A stretch of 63,739 nt of DNA, filler included, from Trichomonas gallinae (lineage: Eukaryota), in assembly GCA_008369845.1 (NCBI GenBank). It is 4 parts of 4 records of this genome, joined end to end, with 100 filler letters (N's around TTAATTAATTAA, not from the genome) between each part and the next. Parts side by side here need not be neighbours in the genome. Positions count along the whole stretch, not along the records: positions 29,238 to 47,021 come from MRSU01000214.1; positions 47,122 to 56,866 come from MRSU01000224.1; 2 more parts are not named here. One strand, given 5' to 3'. Of the stretch, positions 43,961 to 52,839 are shown piece by piece. The notes below the pieces were generated by a model. It was not told the DNA's origin and ran no database searches. It worked only from the letters and a program-made list of their open reading frames with translations. Position 1 is the first letter of the stretch; the number at the start of each line of letters is the position of its first letter. A program made the position numbers and the translations under genes.

Positions 43961-45934
43961 ATGCTATTTTCACTTTTCATAATAATTACGCGACAAAATC
44001 CTGTTGCTGCGTCCTACAGATGGAGTGGAGATACGTATGATGGCCATATATATGTAGAAACAGCTAATGGAACTTTTTATTATTTAAATGTTCTCACAGG
44101 TGAAATAAAATGGTCATTAAATACAGGAGGAAAGGTATGTACATCTATGTCGACAGGAAAAACTACATATGTTCCTTCAATTGACGGATTTTTATATTCT
44201 TATAATCAAGAATCCGGATTTCAACGACTTCCTATGTCAATTCGCGAACTTGCATTTACAGCACCATTCAGAGCAAGGAGTGGTGAAATATTTACGTCAG
44301 GAAAAACAACTTCGATTTTTTTTATTAACATTTCAAACGGAAACATTACTTCTTCATTCGTATCAAATAACTCAGTACCGATGGAAAACATAGATATGCC
44401 GAAATCAGATCATATTACGATCACTAGAGTTGATTACGATTTATATGTCATCGAACAAACGAGTCAACTTGTAAGATACAGCGAATTTGAAATATTTTCA
44501 ATACCAGTAGAAACTCCGATTCATCAATATGTCGATATACAAACTCATTTAGAAAATACAATCATAATTACAGTGAATGAAACAAATCAAACATCAATAT
44601 CAATATCAGACTTTGTTACTGGTGTTTATGGTAATGAAGGAAAGTTCGAATACGCGATTGTTGGAACAGAATCAAGCGAATTAAACGAAAATAATATGGT
44701 TTTCTTACCAGATATATCAATGGCAGTTCCAGGTCTCTTTACAAAAGATGTATCTGATGCAGAAAACATTACATTTTTGAATAATGAAACAGAAATTTTA
44801 AATTCTACTGCAAATGAAACAAATAGCACAAATTCAACAACAATTTACAGAGCTAATAAGAACACTGCGTCATCAGATGACCAGCAAATTCCTGCAACTT
44901 ACAAATCAATTTTACCAGCAAACTTTTTCTCCATTCCTATTATCCTCGTTCTTCTCTATTTATCTCTCAGAGCTGTTTTGTTCCTCATAGGCAGACTGAT
45001 GCGTGTCGAGAGAAAACTCGATCCCATCATTGTCGACAAGTTAGATAAAACGAAAGGAACATGCGGCGGAAGAAAACTAACATTATTTTACAAAAAAGAT
45101 ATAAATGTCAAGTCCCTCAACCTCGCGCGCAGCGTTGGATTGCTAGATAATACAGCGAAGTTCCTCAAGGATGAACTGAGAGACAATGTTACAATAATTG
45201 GTTACCAGCAACTAGAGCCTTTCAACTTCGAAAAATTCGACGCAAAATCATTTCTAGAAAGAACATTAATTGCGTTGAAATCGATATTCAACGCCGGGCT
45301 AGTGCACGGATCTATATCAGAGGAAGTCATTTTCTCCGATGGAGGGAATGCAACGATTGTTGGTTTAGAGTGGAGCTGCAGTAGAACGTTTTCATATGAT
45401 AGGAGGGCGAAAGACATCAGAGATTTAGCGATGGTCATCGCACGCTCATATAATCATTATAATATTCACTACGACCCTTTATTGCTTGATTTGCTGACTG
45501 ACATGGAAAGCTCGCTGCCTCTAGACAGGCCCACACCTGATGAAGCACTCGGACATCCGCTATTTTGGACAATTGCTGAGCGGACAAAGATATACTATTT
45601 GATCAATGATGAGTTAAGCTCGCCGATGACTCCCGCAACATTAGTCCAGAAGTTCGAGGAGTCAAGGGTCAGGGTATTGCAATGCACGAGCTGGATGAAG
45701 AAACTCCCGAAGCCTTTGGTCAACGATTTGAAGTCGAGGGGAGACTATGGTGGCGACTCGATGAGAGATTTGGTGAGAATGATCAGAAACAAATGCGAAC
45801 ACTTCAGCGAGACAACTCCAAAACTGCAGGCAATACTTGGAACAACACCTGACAAAGTTTTTAATTATTTCGACAACATGTTTCCGAATTTATTTTTGTA
45901 TTCGTATTATTTCTATATATCATATTGTTCTTAA
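43961..45934 (+). CDS. IRE1: IRE1-like type I membrane protein (luminal domain, TM, pseudokinase, KEN RNase)
   Basis: Signal peptide; IYVETANG..Y.LN..TGEIKW and YVPSIDG.LY...RLPMSIREL...APFR luminal motifs; TM at about 44924-44993; RPT..EALGHPLFW; KEN motif Y...SMRDLVRMIRNKCEHF...YF...FPNL. Confidence 0.9.
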   Translation: MLFSLFIIITRQNPVAASYRWSGDTYDGHIYVETANGTFYYLNVLTGEIKWSLNTGGKVCTSMSTGKTTYVPSIDGFLYSYNQESGFQRLPMSIRELAFTAPFRARSGEIFTSGKTTSIFFINISNGNITSSFVSNNSVPMENIDMPKSDHITITRVDYDLYVIEQTSQLVRYSEFEIFSIPVETPIHQYVDIQTHLENTIIITVNETNQTSISISDFVTGVYGNEGKFEYAIVGTESSELNENNMVFLPDISMAVPGLFTKDVSDAENITFLNNETEILNSTANETNSTNSTTIYRANKNTASSDDQQIPATYKSILPANFFSIPIILVLLYLSLRAVLFLIGRLMRVERKLDPIIVDKLDKTKGTCGGRKLTLFYKKDINVKSLNLARSVGLLDNTAKFLKDELRDNVTIIGYQQLEPFNFEKFDAKSFLERTLIALKSIFNAGLVHGSISEEVIFSDGGNATIVGLEWSCSRTFSYDRRAKDIRDLAMVIARSYNHYNIHYDPLLLDLLTDMESSLPLDRPTPDEALGHPLFWTIAERTKIYYLINDELSSPMTPATLVQKFEESRVRVLQCTSWMKKLPKPLVNDLKSRGDYGGDSMRDLVRMIRNKCEHFSETTPKLQAILGTTPDKVFNYFDNMFPNLFLYSYYFYISYCS

Positions 45935-46332
45935 AATGTTTATTATTTCTTCTATCACAACAATCAACATTTTTCAAAAATAGATATAAATATATTAGAG
46001 AATGCATATATATTTAAGTAGTTAAGTGTCAGCCAATAATTAAGATCTTAATTATTTTTTAATAAAAATAGTCTGTTTAAAAAACATAGAATCTAAGGAT
46101 AAACGATCTGCACATTGTATGATTGTACAAACAGATATTATGACTGGCATAATAGTTTTTTCCCTCCAAATCAAGTTAATATAGACCATTCGAACGTTCA
46201 TCCAAATCATGATAGATATAGGTTACATTCACTGATATACATATTTCTACAATACTGAAATGTCTTCCCTTTGGCCTTGGTATACTTTTAAAAAACTGTG
46301 CTTTAATTCGCTTGAGATAACCTATTTTATCT

Positions 46333-46815
46333 TTACAACAAATATGGCGAATCAGTATACTCGTACTCACTTTTTATACTAAAAATAGGGAATAATTCTA
46401 CGAAATCACGATCATGTATCAATTTACCTTGTTTCACGCATTCAACTAAAAAGTATGCCATTTTAGCCATTGCTTTTGCATCGCAAACACCTCTTTTATC
46501 GTAAAAGCCCACTTTCCAATGAACAACACTAACCATAAAGTAATCACCTGCTGCTGCAAATTGACAATTTGGACCATCAATGTGTTGTGATGAAAAGAGC
46601 AAGATCCCTGTTTTAGGTTGCATAAATATGCAATAATATACTCCAGAACCTTGTGGTGTTATTAACACTTTTATTAATGAAAATGCTCGAACAACATCAC
46701 TCAGATTATCGCAGTTGTATTTATCGACAGTCCATTTCTTACCTTCTTCTAAGTTATTGTATTTCTCAAGTTGAATATTCCTTGAATTTACATGATCCTG
46801 TTGTTGATTAATTCT
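46333..46815 (-). pseudogene. Fragment of a glycosyltransferase family 61-like gene
   Basis: Open frame with no ATG ahead of the motif LSDVVRAFSLIKVLITPQGSGVYYCIFMQPKTGILLF, which resembles GT61 'IxPHGAGL.N..FM.P...VIE'. Stops flank both sides. Confidence 0.5.
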
Positions 46816-47021
46816 CTATTACTGTAGCAGTAGTTGTTGCTGGATTTGATAGTGATACTAGTGTCGATGTAGGAACAGGATTTGGATATTGCGCAGAATC
46901 GTCATGGGCACTGAAAGTTGTTTGATAAGAAATATATATATATATAAGGAATCTATTAATTAATATTTGCTAAAGTTAACATGAATTTGCAGCTCTGATG
47001 GATCATATTTACTTCGAAGAT

Positions 47022-47121
47022 NNNNNNNNNNNNNNNNNNNNNNNNNNNNNNNNNNNNNNNNNNNNTTAATTAATTAANNNNNNNNNNNNNNNNNNNNNNN
47101 NNNNNNNNNNNNNNNNNNNNN
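47022..47121. other. Assembly gap with artificial linker
   Basis: 44 N + TTAATTAATTAA (47066-47077) + 44 N. Confidence 0.97.
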
Positions 47122-47318
47122 AATGGTCACTATGTGCTCATTCTATATTATTAATTTACAGAATTTTTAGTTGTATTTTTCTGCCGGACAACCTTTTTAT
47201 ATTCAAAATTCGATTTACTTGTCAATTTTCTGATTTTACATGTCAATTTTTGCCACAAATTTAAGAAAACACATAGAATTTTTTGTAGTTTAGTTTACAT
47301 ATACCAGAAAGTGTCAGC

Positions 47319-50300
47319 ATGGAAAAGAATCGAACTCCAGGCGGCCTTAGAGCTAAATGGGCTCCATTTCCTGCTAAAATAACATCACAACCTGTCACAG
47401 AACCTGTTTCTCCAATGTTTGCGGATAGAATTAGGCTTCCTGCTGAGCCTTCTACGCTTGCATTACGAAGTTTAAACAAATTAACAGAGAATTCGAAGAA
47501 AATTATAGCAAGCATGGAGAACAACAACACGATACTCTCAGAAAGGATCGAGATGCTGACAACAGAAGCCAATGAAAACCAAGAAGAAATAAATTCGTTA
47601 TATTCAAGAATATCAGCGGCTTCATCAAAACTGGAATCTCAGCAATCAGGCAAATACTCTATGGCCAAATACATGGAAACTGAGTCATTTATATCCCAAT
47701 TATCACCAAACACGACGGAAGAATTTCTAAGAAACAAACCAATGATTTTGGAGGCTCTTCTGCATCCCGGTTATTCTGATATGGTTGCAGACCTCATAAA
47801 AAACCTACCAAAACAGTCCCAGGAGATTTTTATAACTTATACAAGTCGACAAATCCACAGATTTTCGAATATTTGGTCTTCATTCACACTTCTTTCAACT
47901 AGTTTAATCAAGCCTGAGTTCCACGAATACATTGTAGACGTTTCTAAGAAAATATTAGAATCAGAAACAACATTTTACTTTTTGAAGGATATCAACACTG
48001 GCTTATACGGCTGTGATCTACCGAATGACATCACTATATATCTAAAAGACTTAAAATCATTAATTCCGCAGACAAGAAAAACTACAATTTTTAATCACGC
48101 GACTGAGTCTCCAAACTTCAATCCACAAGTTGACACCATTTTCAATCCGAAAGATAGATCATGTATTATTGTGCCAGCAAAAGATGCAGCTTCTATAATG
48201 GCGATTCGCAGTGATGACTCAGCAATACCTTTTAAGAACGAAGATGTTGCTATTGGAGATTTATTCAGTCTTCTTAATTCATCTCTCATTGAAATTCATC
48301 AAAGAGTCAAAGGTTTCTTTGATCCAAATGATTATAAGAAAAAAGTCGACGAATTCGAACGCGATTGCTTAAAAATAGATAGAATGGAAACACTTATACC
48401 ATTCATAGATGCTAATTTTCCAAAATTAATTGGTGCAGATATAATTAAATTATTTTTCATCGATGACAATGCTTTAATCTTCAACGTTTTGACAGAAGAA
48501 ACAGTACTTGACAAGAAGATGCCATTTGAAGGCGTAACGCATCACATTGCAAAAACTCGAAGAATTCTAATCGAAAACAATCTTGATGTTTCTATATGCA
48601 ACAAGCAGATTGATCAATGGTGCATCGGAAGATCATTCTATGGTGCTCCAATTATGTCATCATCAAATGAATGCATTGCAGTTCTCTGCGCTGTAGCACC
48701 AAGAGGCAAAGTTTTCACGGAAGAACAGTTCGAGGCTGCTCTGGTCATTGCTCCAGCAATGTCTCTTGTCGTGCAGCGTGTCACAGAAACGAAATCAAAG
48801 GAACATTTAGAAGCAGGAATCAAAGACTTCACACAGGTTCCTAAATTTATGTCTGAGATGTCAATAAACCGCGATGACATATTTAAATCATTATACAAGG
48901 CAATGAACGTAGACAGCATGTCTGTTTACAAGCAGAATGGTAATGGAAAGATCGAGAAAATGTATGATTTCGGTAAAAGTGTTTTCAATGACAAATTTGT
49001 CGCCGACCAAATGGAAAAGACTCAACTTGTCAATACTACATCACCAACAGAGCTGCCATTCTTTGAGTGCGTTAAAGGTTACAAATACAGATCAGTTTTT
49101 ATCTGCTTCGAGCAAAGAGGAACAACAAAATACGGAATTTTCTGCGCGAATCCTAATAACAGCTCAAATAGATTACACGATAATCACGAAAGCATTGCTA
49201 GAGCTTTTTGTAATTTTGCTTTCAATATTAATGACGAAGATCAACTGAATAAAGACATTAAACTGTCCAAGCAGAGATTGTTAACACTTGAAGGTGTCGT
49301 TGAAGTCTGCAAGAAGCACATGGAAATGAATAATATAACAGAGCTTTGCAGAGGAATTGGAAGTTTTTGCGGGTTCGAGAAAGCTTGTTTCTATCTTCTT
49401 GACTGCACAACGAATACATTCAGAGCCAATACATATAACAAAGAGTTCAATAACATCAAGAATACAGATGATATCAAAAAGATTTTGACTGAAAACAAAG
49501 ATGTTTTCGAATTTAAATATGATATGAGCAAGAAGACATCTTTTGAGAGTCTTATCTATGGACGCAAAAGTGCAATTGTCAATATCAATGAAGAGATTTT
49601 CTTCATTTTCATTGGTTCAGACATTGGTGACTCCATTTACACTCTCAACGCTTTCTTGCCTTTCATTAAATCGCACATAATTTACAGCATTTCATCTGAT
49701 AAAATAATTCATAATCAGATTGAAATGAACAAGTTTACGAGATTAAATCATTTCGAAGACATTCTTGACTATAAGATGCAGATTGGACAGTTGAGCAAAG
49801 ACGAAATGGTTGCTTTATCTATTGAAATACTTATCAATGTTGGCTCGTTTGACAGAGAATTTGCACGCAAGTTTATTCAAAAGTCGATGAAGATGAGCAA
49901 AGGTTTATGGTCATCATGCGTTGAATGCCTGCAGTTCTCAGCCTCTATTATATCACTTTCTGATACACTCTTTAACAAGATGCAGCGCCGTGCCATTCTT
50001 ATAGCATCACTTTTCTGGGTTCTTTCGGATTCAAACGACACATCATCTGCATCAATTTGCTTCTTGGGCAGCGAATATCTAGTTCGTCTTGAGCGCGCAA
50101 CTCATGTCTGTATTTCGTGCGGAATAGATTCTATTGAAGATGACTTCTGGTCAATGCTCAGCCAGTGCTACACTGCAAACAGCGAAGAGCTCTACAACAA
50201 AATAGAAGTTTTCAATTCAACAGACAAGAATCAGCTAAATCTTGTTGGCTCTCTTATTACAAAAGTCAGCGAATTCCGTCGCTACTTCAATGTTTTCTGC

Positions 50301-50441
50301 TCTGAAGATGTAACAGCTGCTGTTTCATTGACCGTTGGCGAGGAAATAGTTCTTCCTCTTTTCAACAAGATTTGCACAAGAATTCCTAGCCTTCAAGCCA
50401 TGAAAGAATCCCTTGTCAACACAATTCAACATCTAACATAA
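47319..50441 (+). CDS. GAF-domain protein with degenerate class I phosphodiesterase-like C-terminus
   Basis: N-terminal coiled coil; GAF motifs (GVTHHIAKTRR...FYGAPIMSSSNECIAVLCAV...FTEEQ); C-terminal helical region with PDE-like spacing but no YHN or HD. Confidence 0.7.
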   Translation: MEKNRTPGGLRAKWAPFPAKITSQPVTEPVSPMFADRIRLPAEPSTLALRSLNKLTENSKKIIASMENNNTILSERIEMLTTEANENQEEINSLYSRISAASSKLESQQSGKYSMAKYMETESFISQLSPNTTEEFLRNKPMILEALLHPGYSDMVADLIKNLPKQSQEIFITYTSRQIHRFSNIWSSFTLLSTSLIKPEFHEYIVDVSKKILESETTFYFLKDINTGLYGCDLPNDITIYLKDLKSLIPQTRKTTIFNHATESPNFNPQVDTIFNPKDRSCIIVPAKDAASIMAIRSDDSAIPFKNEDVAIGDLFSLLNSSLIEIHQRVKGFFDPNDYKKKVDEFERDCLKIDRMETLIPFIDANFPKLIGADIIKLFFIDDNALIFNVLTEETVLDKKMPFEGVTHHIAKTRRILIENNLDVSICNKQIDQWCIGRSFYGAPIMSSSNECIAVLCAVAPRGKVFTEEQFEAALVIAPAMSLVVQRVTETKSKEHLEAGIKDFTQVPKFMSEMSINRDDIFKSLYKAMNVDSMSVYKQNGNGKIEKMYDFGKSVFNDKFVADQMEKTQLVNTTSPTELPFFECVKGYKYRSVFICFEQRGTTKYGIFCANPNNSSNRLHDNHESIARAFCNFAFNINDEDQLNKDIKLSKQRLLTLEGVVEVCKKHMEMNNITELCRGIGSFCGFEKACFYLLDCTTNTFRANTYNKEFNNIKNTDDIKKILTENKDVFEFKYDMSKKTSFESLIYGRKSAIVNINEEIFFIFIGSDIGDSIYTLNAFLPFIKSHIIYSISSDKIIHNQIEMNKFTRLNHFEDILDYKMQIGQLSKDEMVALSIEILINVGSFDREFARKFIQKSMKMSKGLWSSCVECLQFSASIISLSDTLFNKMQRRAILIASLFWVLSDSNDTSSASICFLGSEYLVRLERATHVCISCGIDSIEDDFWSMLSQCYTANSEELYNKIEVFNSTDKNQLNLVGSLITKVSEFRRYFNVFCSEDVTAAVSLTVGEEIVLPLFNKICTRIPSLQAMKESLVNTIQHLT

Positions 50442-50733
50442 TATTATCATTACTGATATAAAATTTTTTGTTTGTTTTGAATATGCAACCATTTTTAATT
50501 GTTGAAGAAAAAGAAGTGGATAACATGCTGAAAATATAGATATATTTAATATTTAAAAGGTGAAGCTTTAGTTTACTATAGTTTTCTTTTCTCTGTTGAG
50601 CTTACAAATGAATTTTGCTCAATTTGCAAATTATATAAAATATTGGAATGAAAAAATTATGTTTTCGAAAACAATTAGAAAGATAGATGAACATTTACAT
50701 ATAATATTAAAAGAAAAAATAGAACAAAAAGAA

Positions 50734-52302
50734 TCATTGCTGGTCTGTATTCGATGCGAATATTGTTTCAGGAACATTTATGTTAATTGTTGATCCATTA
50801 AGAATTTCTTTGACGCACTCATCTATCTTAGGAGGAGATGGAACAGGCTGGTTTTCATCAATCATCAGAGCCTTAATCTGTTGTGGAGTAATCTTGTTCT
50901 TACTGGCAAGCTTCTTGAGTGACTCAGTGAGCCAAATTCCCTGGAATGCAGGATGTAGGCTCTTCTTCTGAATAGCGCCGCTAACAATATCCTTGCAGAA
51001 CTGAATGATATCTATCAAAGCGTTGAGCATAATGAACTGATACTGAGGCCATGCACCAGTGAAAGCTAGCAGAGACTTGATTCCCATATCCTCGTTCATT
51101 ATCCACGTCCTTGTAACGAAGAAGTCGCAGACAGCCAGCATCTCATTGTCAACTCTTTCGATTGTATTCTCAGGGATTCCTAAGGCTTGTAAATTCTGTC
51201 CTATCCTCGAAAGTTTGTCGCAGAACTGCTGAGGAGACTTTATAAGAATGTTGACGTCTTCTTGTATCTGAGCAAGCAGCGCCATCAATGATTGTCTGCC
51301 TAGTTCACTGAAAGCGGACTTGACTTTCTCGAACCTAAACATTTTGTATTTTTCGATATAAGAAACAGTACCATAAGCAGCAGATATTATAGATATCAAT
51401 GCTTCGAACTGTATTGTCTTTGATTTTGCGTATTCAGCGAGTGTTTGAGTTATTGCAATAATCGAGTCTATTGATTTTTCTGCCATTTCTGCAGATTCGT
51501 TTGCTTTTCTGATGAAATCGCATATATCTCTGAGTATGGATGGGAAGCATTTTGCAGGTGGTGCCAGCTGGCACTGCTTGCCGTTTGCATCTATGAATGT
51601 TGGTTTAGGGTCCATGATTTTTAGAAGAACAAGAGATATAATGTTCGAACATCGTTCGCTTTCTTGAGAAAAATTATTTATTGTTTCTTGAAGGTTTTTC
51701 ACTCCTTCGAAAACTTCTTTGTCGAATGGTCCGTATTGTATTGTCTCGGCACACACGACAAATCCTTTATCTCCCCACATTCTTGTGACTTCTTCTGATG
51801 ATTTAGGGAAAACATTGTTATTTTCTGCTAAATATTTGTAATCTGTGTAAGCTGTTGTAACTTCTGTCTTTTTAAGTTCTGTTTCAATGCCCGCTTCGAG
51901 GTCGTTTATGAATTTGAGATCTAAATGAAGTTTAACTGCAATTTGGCCGAATTGTGTAGACATAGTTGGACTTATATCGAGACCATCATTAATGTCCTGT
52001 ATTGATGGAAGCGCGATAATGAATTCTGTGAGTTGTGTGATTTCACCTGTCATAGCTTTCAAGTACCAATATAGTCTTAGTGGATGTGATTTAGCAGCAT
52101 TCATGTCAATGACAAAGGATTCGCCTATTTCAACTGTTAAAGTGCTTCCTTTGTAAAATTTTGTTTTTCCCTTTTGATGTCCGTGGCGCCAGATGCCAAA
52201 AAACAGCGATGGAAATAATTTGGGAAGTGTAACTGTTTGAATGGTACAAGAAATATTTGGCTTTGTTGAATAATGTTCGGCAGATTTTGTTAAAGTTGTC
52301 AT
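50734..52302 (-). CDS. Hypothetical protein, possible N-terminal NT-C2 domain followed by a helical region
   Basis: 522-aa ORF. FFGIWRHGHQKGKT...VEIGESF resembles the NT-C2 'W.RG....T' pattern; the domain call is tentative. Confidence 0.7.
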   Translation of the reverse strand: MTTLTKSAEHYSTKPNISCTIQTVTLPKLFPSLFFGIWRHGHQKGKTKFYKGSTLTVEIGESFVIDMNAAKSHPLRLYWYLKAMTGEITQLTEFIIALPSIQDINDGLDISPTMSTQFGQIAVKLHLDLKFINDLEAGIETELKKTEVTTAYTDYKYLAENNNVFPKSSEEVTRMWGDKGFVVCAETIQYGPFDKEVFEGVKNLQETINNFSQESERCSNIISLVLLKIMDPKPTFIDANGKQCQLAPPAKCFPSILRDICDFIRKANESAEMAEKSIDSIIAITQTLAEYAKSKTIQFEALISIISAAYGTVSYIEKYKMFRFEKVKSAFSELGRQSLMALLAQIQEDVNILIKSPQQFCDKLSRIGQNLQALGIPENTIERVDNEMLAVCDFFVTRTWIMNEDMGIKSLLAFTGAWPQYQFIMLNALIDIIQFCKDIVSGAIQKKSLHPAFQGIWLTESLKKLASKNKITPQQIKALMIDENQPVPSPPKIDECVKEILNGSTININVPETIFASNTDQQ

Positions 52303-52839
52303 TCGCTAAAAAATTATTATCGTCAATTTTTAGTATTTTTGACATGTAAATATTTTTATTGTCAAAAGCAAAAAATTGATTTTTAGAGAAAGATTTACAC
52401 AACTAATTTGCTCCAAATTTATAAAATAGAATATGCTGATGCTATTGCATTTGATAATAAATTTATTATTGAAATGTACTACAGGAAATTGCTAACCAAA
52501 TTTCATAAGATTTTTGACATGTAAATTGTAATACATGACATTATTAAGATTTTTTCTATGCAATTTTGACATGTAAAGAGTCAAAACAACGATATTGACA
52601 AGTAAAATATTGAAATCAATGCTGTCAAGTTCACTCTGATATATATAGAACCCTTGCAATATGTATATGTTGCTGCATAATTATTCCATTTCAATTTTAA
52701 AATTATTTGTGAAAATTGAAATCAAAGGATTTATCCATTAAAAACCAGAAATTTATTATTAGCTGATTGTAGAGATGCCAAATGTATGGATTGAAATCAA
52801 AAATAATGTTTCGTTTAAAAATTTTTAACGTACAAAAAA

